Shown: positions 49,324 to 58,896, numbered from the stretch's first letter. The stretch: 64,000 nt of DNA from an uncultured Candidatus Saccharibacteria bacterium (GCA_964583675.1 CAZOVH010000002.1:2602-66601), one strand, 5' to 3'. The notes: generated from the letters alone by a model not told the origin. Translations and numbers: made by a program.

Positions 49324-49677
49324 TCACTTGTTGATCTTTTTGCGATACTCGATTTGGTGATATAAAGCTACCAGAGTATAAAAAAACCCACCGATAAGGA
49401 AAGCGAAGCCGCCTGCCCAGAAAAATGAGATTACAATTGCAATTGCAAAAGCACTTAATCCAACCTTCAATTCCCTATTAGCTTTTTCCTTAATTAATGA
49501 AGGATTATCCGTTTCTTCTTTTTTCGTTTCATTGGTGACAATACTAATATACTCAAGGGCCTTCTCTTTTGATCCAGCCTGTTTCTTAATTGCTCTGACT
49601 ATGCTTCCTTTTGAATAAAACTGTGATTTTAAACTTTTTATTTTCTCTTCGATCTCTGGTGGCACTGATTGATTCAT
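49324..49677 (-). CDS. small membrane protein
   Basis: Soluble helical N-terminus, two C-terminal TMs, GGAGG RBS. Confidence 0.75.
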   Translation of the reverse strand: MNQSVPPEIEEKIKSLKSQFYSKGSIVRAIKKQAGSKEKALEYISIVTNETKKEETDNPSLIKEKANRELKVGLSAFAIAIVISFFWAGGFAFLIGGFFYTLVALYHQIEYRKKINK

Positions 49678-49694
49678 GATGTAATCCTTACCTC

Positions 49695-50120
49695 CTATTC
49701 ACCCTTACGAAATGTAGAAAACTCACCCAGGTTTGCCAATATATCTCTATCTATCGATTCGATAAATGCACCGAACATCTTTTTATCATATCCGTAGTAT
49801 TCAGACTCTACTACCAACGTAAGGTCCTCAGGGTCACCATCATCCTTTGACTCTTCATAAAACCATTTACTATATACTGCTTGATTAACCGTATTTATTG
49901 CATTAAAAAAATCTTTACTTCCTAGCGCCTTAGGGTTGAAGCCCGACCATCTCATCGTGACAGTAAGCATATCGCCATTAAAATTTAATAGATAGGAAGC
50001 TCCACGGTCTCGCTCAGCAAAATACAATGATCCTTTATTTTTGCCTATATCTTCGGTTTCAAAACCTAAAAACTCCATGTGTTCAAGAATCTTGTCTTTG
50101 TTGCTTGCCTTATCTGTCAT
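49695..50120 (-). CDS. YbjN-like (type III chaperone fold) protein
   Basis: Size and pattern ILEHMEFLGF..AINTVN..KWF..L.VES..FIESID resemble YbjN family. Confidence 0.55.
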   Translation of the reverse strand: MTDKASNKDKILEHMEFLGFETEDIGKNKGSLYFAERDRGASYLLNFNGDMLTVTMRWSGFNPKALGSKDFFNAINTVNQAVYSKWFYEESKDDGDPEDLTLVVESEYYGYDKKMFGAFIESIDRDILANLGEFSTFRKGE

Positions 50121-50568
50121 TACCTTGTCCTTTCTTAATCGTGTCCCAGTCACGCAATTTTTCACTTGGGCGGATAGTTTTTAGATTATCATTTTTTACA
50201 GCTTCGGAAGAGTGCTTTTTGCTGGACGCCTGAAAGTCATCTTGTCCCTCTAAATAATCTCTACGCTCGTCCCCTGCTAAATAACTTTCAATAGCCTCCG
50301 CCTTAAGCTTATTAACACTAAATATGATCATTATCCCCGCCCATAAGCTACCATACATGAACGTAGTAGAAAATGCAGAAACGACTATTAGTACAAGGCT
50401 AGACCATACAATTGGGACTATAATAACTGGCCAATTCATTTTTTTTATCTCCCCCGTTCTAAGAAGTTTCCTTCTAAGGGGCAGTGTTGCAAATATACTT
50501 CCCAATATATTTGACCATAAGAATAAACCGACGACCCAACCAATAAAACCTATTAATAGACCTGTCAC
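50110..50568 (-). CDS. membrane protein
   Basis: Three hydrophobic segments, overlapping start/stop with neighbors. Confidence 0.75.
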   Translation of the reverse strand: MTGLLIGFIGWVVGLFLWSNILGSIFATLPLRRKLLRTGEIKKMNWPVIIVPIVWSSLVLIVVSAFSTTFMYGSLWAGIMIIFSVNKLKAEAIESYLAGDERRDYLEGQDDFQASSKKHSSEAVKNDNLKTIRPSEKLRDWDTIKKGQGNDR

Positions 50569-51647
50569 TTCAGCATCCTCAATCCAGCTTGATAATATTT
50601 ATCTAGTTCCTTTTCTGGCATTTTTTCGATATCTTCAGTAGCTACAGAAAAATTATTCACATGCTTAAATCCCAGTTTAATTATTTCTAGCTTTACCCGT
50701 AACTCATCTCCACTGATCTTTTCTTCATTTGTCGGGCTTAGCGCGTGTTTTCTATAGTTACTAACCCTCATGCCTTCTTCCAGGTATGATTCTAGCTCTC
50801 TCTTGGAAAGATTTTCTAATACCTCTGGAAAAACATTCTTTACATTGTGACGATGCGAATAACCGCGCCTAATTAGCATTTCCTTCTCATCCACTGTCAA
50901 GCCTGCAGCCGCTGCCCTATCCAGCTTAGCTACTCTCTTTTCAAGAGCTGAGGCATCCAATTTTTTGATTTTATGAACTGAGTGTATGGCAATTATCGTC
51001 CACACTAAAACTATCAAGGGTATAATTCCTCCCGAAACTAGAATTGTAGACATTAACAAAATCCACAGTTTCGCTAGCAAGAATTGATTATTGCTGCGAA
51101 TTGAACGTCCAAGCATTATGAAGTAGGTTCCTAGAAGCAAGATAATAATAAATGCAACTAAATAGCTCGGCAAATCACCCCCTTCAGGACCTGAAAGCAA
51201 CAATAACCCTGACGATATAATAATTATTGCAAACCCCATTTGATAACTTCCATCTCCCGCCCGAGTTATCAAACGTAAATAACGCTCCACCTTTTTTTCT
51301 TCTGGTGATAATGCCCTTATAGGCTGTTTCAAGGGCTCATTCAGTTCACGTAGTGCCTGGTAGGTTACATACCAGCTATAAAACGGCAATATAAATGCCG
51401 CTATGAAGCCCAGGAGAAACAGTATTGTGTTCAGAATTGTGCTGATGTTCGCACCCAAATCACTATCAGCATCAATGACCGCATTGGTGAAGCCATATAA
51501 TAACAAGCAAGACAAAACGATAATTATTGGAAGCCAAAGCCAGAAGTAAGCCTTTTTCAATCGTTTTCGCTGAATTGGGTTTTTCTTCTTCTGTACTAAA
51601 GACCTAAACTCTAGAACTACAAGGATTATCAGATTTATTAAAAACAT
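50565..51647 (-). CDS. multi-TM membrane protein with two C-terminal repeats
   Basis: About 7 TMs; N-terminal module and C-terminal repeat shared with 48658-49263. Confidence 0.8.
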   Translation of the reverse strand: MFLINLIILVVLEFRSLVQKKKNPIQRKRLKKAYFWLWLPIIIVLSCLLLYGFTNAVIDADSDLGANISTILNTILFLLGFIAAFILPFYSWYVTYQALRELNEPLKQPIRALSPEEKKVERYLRLITRAGDGSYQMGFAIIIISSGLLLLSGPEGGDLPSYLVAFIIILLLGTYFIMLGRSIRSNNQFLLAKLWILLMSTILVSGGIIPLIVLVWTIIAIHSVHKIKKLDASALEKRVAKLDRAAAAGLTVDEKEMLIRRGYSHRHNVKNVFPEVLENLSKRELESYLEEGMRVSNYRKHALSPTNEEKISGDELRVKLEIIKLGFKHVNNFSVATEDIEKMPEKELDKYYQAGLRMLK

Positions 51648-51749
51648 TCTAGTTATTCCTACATCTAACTATATACCCAGTAAACCAAGCATACAATTAT
51701 ACTTGATATGGTGTTAAGACCAGCCTTAAGCTGATATCATTGCTTCGAG

Positions 51750-52340
51750 ATGACTCCACAGCCCAATAAACAGTATATGCCAAGCTTAAAGTACAGGAGC
51801 GATTGGCACAGGTATTTGGTCTTCAATGACCCCGAGTTTATTAATGCTTATAATTCGATTGATCAAGACGATAAGCAAAGTATGTATCAGAAATCTTGTG
51901 CATTCGAGCTGCTTGCCAGATCTTTCGCACTCACGACTTCCGATATGAACATTTTTAAATTATCTAAATCTATATACATAGAGGGTAAAACCACGGGAGC
52001 TAACTTAGAGTTTGATCCGATGTCTGGAAAGTATTCAATTGTTTTTCAGCCAGATACTCCTCTAGTCGAAATACAGGATGAGCTAAACAAATTTAAAAAC
52101 TTGAGAGACTCACTCTTCCCGATTAAGCAAACTAAGCGAAAGCCACCACACGACCCTGCACTTATATATGCCATCTTCAAAGCTCGGCAACAAAAGCTAA
52201 CTTTCAATAAAATTTTCGAGCTATATGAGAACAGCACACTGCCCTACTATGGCGGCGACAATCAAAAGTATCAGAGCCGTGAAGATCTCGAGAAGTACTA
52301 CGACAACAATAAGCCAATAAGAACTTTAAACAAATCTTAG
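51750..52340 (+). CDS. hypothetical protein, possible DNA-binding regulator
   Basis: Divergent from cargo, C-terminal LIYAIFKARQQKLTFNKIFELY HTH-like segment. Confidence 0.65.
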   Translation: MTPQPNKQYMPSLKYRSDWHRYLVFNDPEFINAYNSIDQDDKQSMYQKSCAFELLARSFALTTSDMNIFKLSKSIYIEGKTTGANLEFDPMSGKYSIVFQPDTPLVEIQDELNKFKNLRDSLFPIKQTKRKPPHDPALIYAIFKARQQKLTFNKIFELYENSTLPYYGGDNQKYQSREDLEKYYDNNKPIRTLNKS

Positions 52341-52478
52341 ATTGGTTATACAACTAGTTTTCCACCTGCTTTAATGGCATCTGAGATGACATTGGTAGTC
52401 CCCTGAGAAATAGTCATCTCCTCGGGGGACTACCTATTAACAATAGGTATCAGACGTAGCCTAGCCACGGGGAAAGCT

Positions 52479-52688
52479 ATGAAACTTAGCGATGATAATA
52501 TCACTCAGCTTCAACACATACTGAAAAGCCAAAACGATATTGATGCAACCGACTTGGAGGCTCAGCAAATTGGCCTGGCAGTAATGCGCTTCGTGTTAGC
52601 CAAGCATCTAAATACTTTCAAGGATACCTCGGAGGAAAAGAGAGATGAAAATAACGCCGTTGAGCATCCTACAAAGCCAACATATTGA
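52479..52688 (+). CDS. small helical protein upstream of primase
   Basis: 69-aa ORF overlapping the primase start. Confidence 0.65.
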   Translation: MKLSDDNITQLQHILKSQNDIDATDLEAQQIGLAVMRFVLAKHLNTFKDTSEEKRDENNAVEHPTKPTY

Positions 52689-54765
52689 GTACCAAGAAAT
52701 ACAAAACGAGTTAGTCATTAAATGTCAGTTTAGTGATTGCGACGATGACAGTAGGGGCAAAGAAGCTCATATGTATGTAAATAAAGATTCAGGCGCATAC
52801 TACTGTCATAAGTGCTATGCAAAGGGCGGCTTGCAAGATCTATTGGAGCACTTCGGTATAGATGCTAAATCCATTGGGAGTGATCCTAAGAATGACCTGA
52901 AACAAACCGCAATCAAATACCACCTCGGCCTGCCTCCGTATATAAAAGATTACTTAGTGAAAGATAGGCTTCTTCATGATGAAGAGATCAATGATCGATT
53001 ACTTGGTTTTATGGTAGACCAATCTGGAGTTGGCTGGATTACCATTCCTGTGTTTAGTCAGCATAACGATATATTATTCATCAAAATGAGAAAAGACCCA
53101 TCGTTGCCCAATTCCATTAGCCCCAAATATAAGTCGTCTGGTGGATCAGCAGCCATATATAATGCGCAAATCATCAATGATCAGCCAGAACGACTAGTTA
53201 TCTGTGAGGGTGAATTTGACTGCATGCTTTTGTCATCCCTTGGCGTTCCAGCGATTAGCTCAACTGCTGGCGCAGGTACCTTTAAGGATCAGTGGGTAGA
53301 CCAACTGTCATTCGTACGTGAGTTCTATGTAATTATGGATAATGATGACCCAGGAAGAAAAGGAGCTGAAGCCTTAATTCAGAAGCTACATGCAGCGCAT
53401 CCCGACGCATCGATTATGAACGTCCAGTTGCCGTCCGTTTTAGGGAAAGGTGGAGATATTACTGACTTCATCAAGCATGAACTTGGAGATATCGATGATT
53501 TACTCAGTCCAGATAGTAAGCTTGTGAGTCTCGCAGCTGGATCAAGACCGATTAACCCCTCCTCTTTTAGTGAAATGAGTCTAGATGAGCTAGTTGAGAT
53601 ATTATCCATGACTATCAAATTCGATCGAGAAAACAAACTTATAACTTTTTTCGCATGCCTATCAGCTTACACCCTCTCAGATCAGATCAATGTTAGCTAT
53701 AACGCACCAAGCTCATCGGGCAAAACATATATCGTCAACGAAGTGGCTAAACTATTTCCAGATGCCGATAAAATCGAATCAAATGGTGCAAGCCCAACTT
53801 CCTTTTTCCACGGTTCAGGCAAAATCGATGAGAAAAGAAATGCAAAAATCATTAACCTCTCTCGGAAAATCCTTATCTTCTACGAACTCCCAAACCCAAT
53901 ACTGCAATCTAAACTGCGATCCGTTTTATCCCATGACAGCTGGGAGATAAATCACCGTATTACCAATAAAGACAAAAAGGGTGCCCATCGAGTCGAACAT
54001 ATAATTCTTGAGGGCTTCCCTGCCACTATATTTTGCTCTGCCAATATGCGGCTAGACGAACAAGAAGCAACCAGAGCAATACTCTTAAGCCCTGAAGTAA
54101 GCCAGGAGAAGTTGAGCGAAGCTGTGCATCTACAAGCTCTAAAAGCCGCAAACCCCGAAAAGTACCATACAGACCTTGACTCCGATCCAAGACGGAAGTT
54201 ACTTAAAGATCGCATACTCGCGATCAAGCGTGAGCGAGTAGATCATGTAACTCTAAACCCCTCAAGTACTAGAGAAATAGAAAAACGTTTTATGGCGAGC
54301 TTCCATAGATTTAAGCCAAGACACATGAGAGATGTTGGGCATTTGATACAACTCATTAAAGCTATTACCCTACTGAATATTTGGCACAGACAAGATTCTG
54401 ATGGGAAAATTGTCGTGTCACAAATAGACATTGAACAGGGATTAAACCTTTGGATGCACTATCGAGAAAGCCAGGATCTTAATATTAGCCCTATTGCCAC
54501 CTCATTCTACAAGCAATATATATTACCAGCATATTTAGAAAAACGTGGAGACAATTATGAGTTCAGTGAAGGTGTCACACGGCAAGAAGTATGTAAATAC
54601 TATCTCAAAATTGAGCGCGCTCCATACAACGATGAGTACCTAAGAAAACAAATCCTGCCCCAGCTTGAGAATAGCGGACTAGTATCGCAAGAACAGCCGC
54701 AGAGCGGCGATAAGCGTACAAAGCACATCATTCCTAAGTGGTTCTTCCGCGATGAAGATATATAG
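52645..54765 (+). CDS. Zn-finger/Toprim primase fused to P-loop helicase-like domain
   Basis: CQFSDC..YYCHKC, ICEGEFD, MDNDDPG, GDITD, Walker A APSSSGKT. Confidence 0.88.
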   Translation: MKITPLSILQSQHIEYQEIQNELVIKCQFSDCDDDSRGKEAHMYVNKDSGAYYCHKCYAKGGLQDLLEHFGIDAKSIGSDPKNDLKQTAIKYHLGLPPYIKDYLVKDRLLHDEEINDRLLGFMVDQSGVGWITIPVFSQHNDILFIKMRKDPSLPNSISPKYKSSGGSAAIYNAQIINDQPERLVICEGEFDCMLLSSLGVPAISSTAGAGTFKDQWVDQLSFVREFYVIMDNDDPGRKGAEALIQKLHAAHPDASIMNVQLPSVLGKGGDITDFIKHELGDIDDLLSPDSKLVSLAAGSRPINPSSFSEMSLDELVEILSMTIKFDRENKLITFFACLSAYTLSDQINVSYNAPSSSGKTYIVNEVAKLFPDADKIESNGASPTSFFHGSGKIDEKRNAKIINLSRKILIFYELPNPILQSKLRSVLSHDSWEINHRITNKDKKGAHRVEHIILEGFPATIFCSANMRLDEQEATRAILLSPEVSQEKLSEAVHLQALKAANPEKYHTDLDSDPRRKLLKDRILAIKRERVDHVTLNPSSTREIEKRFMASFHRFKPRHMRDVGHLIQLIKAITLLNIWHRQDSDGKIVVSQIDIEQGLNLWMHYRESQDLNISPIATSFYKQYILPAYLEKRGDNYEFSEGVTRQEVCKYYLKIERAPYNDEYLRKQILPQLENSGLVSQEQPQSGDKRTKHIIPKWFFRDEDI

Positions 54766-54948
54766 GAATGCATGGTGGGTACCCTTACCGAAAGATAAAT
54801 AAACGGATATAATGGCTATGTTGAAACACCCAGTAATTATGCGTGAAGTCTTTTTATTTCCGCTCGTTAAGGGCGGCTTGGTACGGAAAGTGGCTTTGTG
54901 CTACTGGATGTTTCAACAGCCGAGCCGTCCTTTTTGATTGGAGAAATT

Positions 54949-56586
54949 ATGAGTAATTTAAAGTATATCGCTTATGTACGCAAGTCTACCGAAGATGAAG
55001 AACGGCAAGTTCTATCCAGAGCTGCTCAACGAGACAAGATTAATGAAATATTCGGCGAACTTACTATAATTGACTACCTCGATGAGAGTAAAAGTGCGTT
55101 TGAGCCAGGGAAAAGGCCTATTTTTGATCAAGTTTTGGCCAAGTTAGATTCTGGCGAAGCTGATGGGATAATTGCTTGGCATCCAGATCGACTTTCACGA
55201 AACGCCATAGATGCTGCTGCCATAAGCCATCGTATTAGCAAAGGAACAATTAAGGATCTGAAGTTCGCGAGCTTCAGCTTTGACAACTCACCAGAAGGCA
55301 TCATGATGCTTCAGATGACGATGTCTCAATCTCAATACTTTTCAGCAAAGCTGAGTAAAGATATTAGACGAGGCAATGAAAAAAAGCGTCAGCTAGGTGG
55401 CTTAACAGGAAAAGCTATGGAGGGCTACCTGAATGATCGCATGAATAAGACAACCATTATTGATCCAGCTCGATTCCCGTTAATCCGTAAGGCGTTTGAC
55501 CTATATTTAACTGGAGAATATAGCGTCCAAGCAATTCTACGTATACTCAATGATGAATGGGGCTATACGACCCTTAAGCGAAAAAGGACTGGAGGGGGCC
55601 CACTCTCTCGAACATCTCTATACAATATATTTCGAAACGTGCGATACGCTGGACTAATACCAGACCCTTACGACCCAGAAAAGCTGTATAAATCTGAGTA
55701 TCCAGCAATGATTACGATTGAAGAGTATGACCAAGTTCAGCTACTGCTAGGTAGAAAAGGACTTCCTCGATTGGTAGCAAAGAAAGAATTTGCACTACGT
55801 GGGCTAATTCGCTGTGGTGAATGTGGATGCAGCATTACCGCTCAAACCAAAAAGAAGAAAATGAAGTGCGGGACGATAAAGCCTTATACGTACTATCATT
55901 GTACTGGTAAACGACCTGGCTGCAGCCAAAAAAGTATATATGTAAGAGAAGAGCAGCTATATAAGGAGCTGACAATTCTACTAGATAAATATCAGCTAGA
56001 CGAACGTCTATTTGACTGGGCCCTAGAGGCCTTTAAGGATATGGCGGCAGCTGAAGTGACTGAAAGAAATCATGTGCAATTGATACAGGACAATAAAATC
56101 CATGATACTCAACGTCAACTGGATAAACTGCTAGATTTAGCAACCAAAGAACTTATAACTACTGAAGAATATTCACTGAAAAGCGAACAGTTGAAAGCAG
56201 CACTAAATACACTTCAGAAAGATCAAACAAATACTGCAGCCCGCACTAAGAACTGGTATGAGTTTGCTACAAATACCCTACACACACTCTGCGATGCTGA
56301 AAATAGGTTCATTAACGGAGATATAGTGGTAAAGAAAGAAATACTACTGGCTATTGGTCAGAACCCTACCTTATTGGATGGAAAATTGCATATCACACCA
56401 GTAAAATGGTTGAATCCAGTCGCAAACTCAACTGAGCATATTACAAAGGAGCTTAATAAGGTTAGAACCTTATCTCTACAGATGCAAAAAGCCTCCGAAG
56501 AGGCTGTTCGTCATCAATGGTGCAGGGGGAGGGATTCGAACCCCCGAAGGCATAAAGCCGACAGATTTACAGTCTGTTGCGTTTGA
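54949..56586 (+). CDS. large serine recombinase (integrase)
   Basis: YVRKSTED catalytic Ser, DRLSRN, recombinase domain, CGECG..YYHC..C Zn ribbon, coiled coil; reads into tRNA-Tyr antisense. Confidence 0.95.
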   Translation: MSNLKYIAYVRKSTEDEERQVLSRAAQRDKINEIFGELTIIDYLDESKSAFEPGKRPIFDQVLAKLDSGEADGIIAWHPDRLSRNAIDAAAISHRISKGTIKDLKFASFSFDNSPEGIMMLQMTMSQSQYFSAKLSKDIRRGNEKKRQLGGLTGKAMEGYLNDRMNKTTIIDPARFPLIRKAFDLYLTGEYSVQAILRILNDEWGYTTLKRKRTGGGPLSRTSLYNIFRNVRYAGLIPDPYDPEKLYKSEYPAMITIEEYDQVQLLLGRKGLPRLVAKKEFALRGLIRCGECGCSITAQTKKKKMKCGTIKPYTYYHCTGKRPGCSQKSIYVREEQLYKELTILLDKYQLDERLFDWALEAFKDMAAAEVTERNHVQLIQDNKIHDTQRQLDKLLDLATKELITTEEYSLKSEQLKAALNTLQKDQTNTAARTKNWYEFATNTLHTLCDAENRFINGDIVVKKEILLAIGQNPTLLDGKLHITPVKWLNPVANSTEHITKELNKVRTLSLQMQKASEEAVRHQWCRGRDSNPRRHKADRFTVCCV

Positions 56587-56604
56587 CCGCTTCGCTACCC
56601 CTGC
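56518..56604 (-). tRNA. trnY: tRNA-Tyr (GTA)
   Basis: GCAGGGG/CCCCTGC acceptor, CTGTAAA loop, long variable arm, CCA. Confidence 0.96.
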
Positions 56605-56614
56605 ATGCTTGATC

Positions 56615-56689
56615 TGGAGCCCAAACCGAGGATTGAACTCGGGACCTCTTCCTTACCATGGAAGCGCTCTACCACTGAGCTATTTGGGC
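56615..56689 (-). tRNA. trnT: tRNA-Thr (GGT)
   Basis: GCCCAAA/TTTGGGC acceptor, ATGGTAA loop, CCA. Confidence 0.95.
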
Positions 56690-56749
56690 GTGCATTTACT
56701 CCGAGTAAACAGAGCCTAGTCTATCATTTTTGCTCATGATTTTCAATGC

Positions 56750-57355
56750 TTACGCTGCAAATCGAGCAGCCTGCTTCTTCACTGCTGAACTATCAGGATC
56801 GAGCCGACGGGCTTCATCTAGTGCTCCAGCAATTTTATCGTTTCTGCCTGTCGCCTCATAGAGCCTTACTAGTGCCAGCAGTCTACTAACCGATGCCTCT
56901 AGCCCATTCGCTTTTTCCATAGCCACAATCGCCTCTTCATAGCCCTTCTCGCGATACAATACGGTAGCTAAATTCTGCCAGTCAGAAGCTGTGTTTTGTG
57001 ATTTTGCGACCATTTCAAAACACTCCGTGGCATCCTCATAATTTTGCACATGTGAATACACCATGCCAAGGCGACGATATGCCAAGATGTTTTTATGATC
57101 TAGCTTTAACACCTTTAAGTAGGCCTTCTCGGCAGCGACCCATTTACGCTCATCATAATAACGTCCTGCCGCTGAGAGCAGCCGCTCCAACTGACTTTCG
57201 TGCGTAATCGCCTCATTATCCATGCCGGCATTTAAATAATGGGCAAGCTGGTTGTAGTTTGAGCGAATAATGCGCCAAGTTACAAAAGCCACAAGCATAA
57301 AAGCTATCAGCTCAAACACGACTCTCACCTCCCGCTTGTACTGCGCTAGCTTCAA
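56750..57355 (-). CDS. membrane-anchored TPR protein
   Basis: AAEKAYLKVLKLD, LGMVY..YEDATECF TPR patterns. Confidence 0.85.
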   Translation of the reverse strand: MKLAQYKREVRVVFELIAFMLVAFVTWRIIRSNYNQLAHYLNAGMDNEAITHESQLERLLSAAGRYYDERKWVAAEKAYLKVLKLDHKNILAYRRLGMVYSHVQNYEDATECFEMVAKSQNTASDWQNLATVLYREKGYEEAIVAMEKANGLEASVSRLLALVRLYEATGRNDKIAGALDEARRLDPDSSAVKKQAARFAA

Positions 57356-58001
57356 GTAAGAGTCTCATGTTGCCACTTTTTTGTGTCTTTACAAATTTTT
57401 CTTGCAGCCAGGCCGCTAAGGAATAATTCTTGCGCTGCTGACTATAAAATAAAAGTCCTTCTGCAAAAGCCAGCTGTTCTCCTCTATCTGTCAGTTGAGC
57501 GATTTGCGCAAACCTTCCCGGAATACCCTGTGTAAAAAAATGCGTTGCAGCCGATGACATCACCTCATCCTGCGAGGATGTCATCACTCCAGCAGATACT
57601 ATCTGAGATCTAGAACGTAGCGTTGGCATGAGTCGTGCAACGGTAGGGGTCAGCAACATAAATACCACATGTTCAGAAGGCTCTTCTAACGACTTAAGCA
57701 GCGCATTCCCAGCCTCGGGCGTGAGCTGCTCAGCACCTTCTATAACAATAATTCGGTAGTCGCCGCCAAACGCAGTCATTGATAGATCATGTAAGACGCC
57801 GGCAATGCGCTCCCGCGAGATACTCTTTTCGGGAACAACATAAGTAAATGCGGTTGGGGCTACGGCCTGCCCCGCGCGAGCTAAAATTTCACCCGCTAAA
57901 GCCTCGGCCCGCGCACGCCGATTAGTCTCGTCACTGCCCGTAATAATATAAGCGTGTGTCGTCGTATGCGACTTACTCATTTGGTTCATACTCGCAATCA
58001 T
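57312..58001 (-). CDS. holB: DNA polymerase III delta-prime subunit (short)
   Basis: HAYIITG, AEQLTPEAGNALLKSLEEP, PTLRSR. Confidence 0.88.
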   Translation of the reverse strand: MIASMNQMSKSHTTTHAYIITGSDETNRRARAEALAGEILARAGQAVAPTAFTYVVPEKSISRERIAGVLHDLSMTAFGGDYRIIVIEGAEQLTPEAGNALLKSLEEPSEHVVFMLLTPTVARLMPTLRSRSQIVSAGVMTSSQDEVMSSAATHFFTQGIPGRFAQIAQLTDRGEQLAFAEGLLFYSQQRKNYSLAAWLQEKFVKTQKSGNMRLLLEASAVQAGGESRV

Positions 58002-58896
58002 ATACTCTCATTGTAGCCCGAAAGTCATCTGGTAGAGAAGCATAAAATGTTTTGCGTTCACCGCTTGGGAGCACTAGCCCCAAACTATACGCATGCAACA
58101 TATGCCGTACCACATTATCGCGTCGTCCATAGGTAGCATCTCCAAGAATAGGGTGACCAATTGCGGCTAAGTGAACACGAATTTGATGCGTGCGGCCAGT
58201 TCGCGGCTTTGCTTCGACCAACGAAACCCCGTCACCGTACACTAACTGACGCACTAATGTTTCGGATGGTTTACCGAGCGGATCCACGCGCATTGTACCA
58301 ACCCGCTTACCTGCCGGTGACAGCGCAAACTGCAAGCGCTTAACACCAACGCCAAACTCTCCCCAGGCTAGTGCCCAATACGTCTTCTCAACCCGTCTTG
58401 CCCGAAAAGCCGCTTCAAGGTGGCTCCGGGCTTCAGGGTTTCTTGCTAGTATCGTAACCCCAGATGTATCTCGATCAAGGCGATGAATGATACCGGGTCG
58501 CATTGGCCTATCATCAATTACTTCACCTGCAAACGTGCCAGCCAAGCTTGGCTCCTCTTTCCCCGGCTTAGGATGCGCAATCATGCCTGCAGGCTTATTG
58601 ACAACAATCACATCATCATCTTGGTAGATAATTTCGGGGCGCAAATCGGCGACCAATTTAACTACTTCATGTTGCGGCCGCTTGAGAATGGTAAGCCTCG
58701 AACCAAATAGTACTTTTTGTGATGCACGCGAGGTACGGCCGTCAAGCAATACTTCTCCATCACTAATGGCCCGCTGCCAAAGGTTTCGACTTATCTGCGG
58801 CACTAAACTAGCTAGGACACTATCAAGACGCTGCCCGGCCTTACTTCCGTCGATAACGAAAGTCTCTTCCCCCTGAACTTTTCCCCCAGCCATCAA
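57973..58896 (-). CDS. rluD: RluA/RluD family pseudouridine synthase
   Basis: S4 domain, NKPAG, HRLDRDTSG, TGRTHQIRVH, LHA. Confidence 0.85.
   Translation of the reverse strand: MMAGGKVQGEETFVIDGSKAGQRLDSVLASLVPQISRNLWQRAISDGEVLLDGRTSRASQKVLFGSRLTILKRPQHEVVKLVADLRPEIIYQDDDVIVVNKPAGMIAHPKPGKEEPSLAGTFAGEVIDDRPMRPGIIHRLDRDTSGVTILARNPEARSHLEAAFRARRVEKTYWALAWGEFGVGVKRLQFALSPAGKRVGTMRVDPLGKPSETLVRQLVYGDGVSLVEAKPRTGRTHQIRVHLAAIGHPILGDATYGRRDNVVRHMLHAYSLGLVLPSGERKTFYASLPDDFRATMRVYDCEYEPNE

Larger units (their letters stand above)
45210..56525. mobile_element. 11.3 kb serine-recombinase integrative element in the tRNA-Tyr 3' end
   Basis: Direct repeat TGGTGCAG at 45210-45217 and 56518-56525, lower GC, LSR plus primase-helicase plus orphan cargo, interrupts a Thr-Tyr-Thr tRNA cluster. 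Confidence 0.9.

Noticed and set aside
52344-52366. DnaA boxes upstream of the element replication genes
   Set aside because: TTATACAAC and TTTTCCACC each deviate from consensus; too weak to call.
54898-54948. GTG-start extension of the integrase
   Set aside because: It falls in the structured leader; ATG 54949 has a GGAG RBS and gives the usual distance to the catalytic Ser.
45210-56525. Complete prophage or ICE
   Set aside because: No structural, packaging, lysis, relaxase or mating-pair genes are recognisable.
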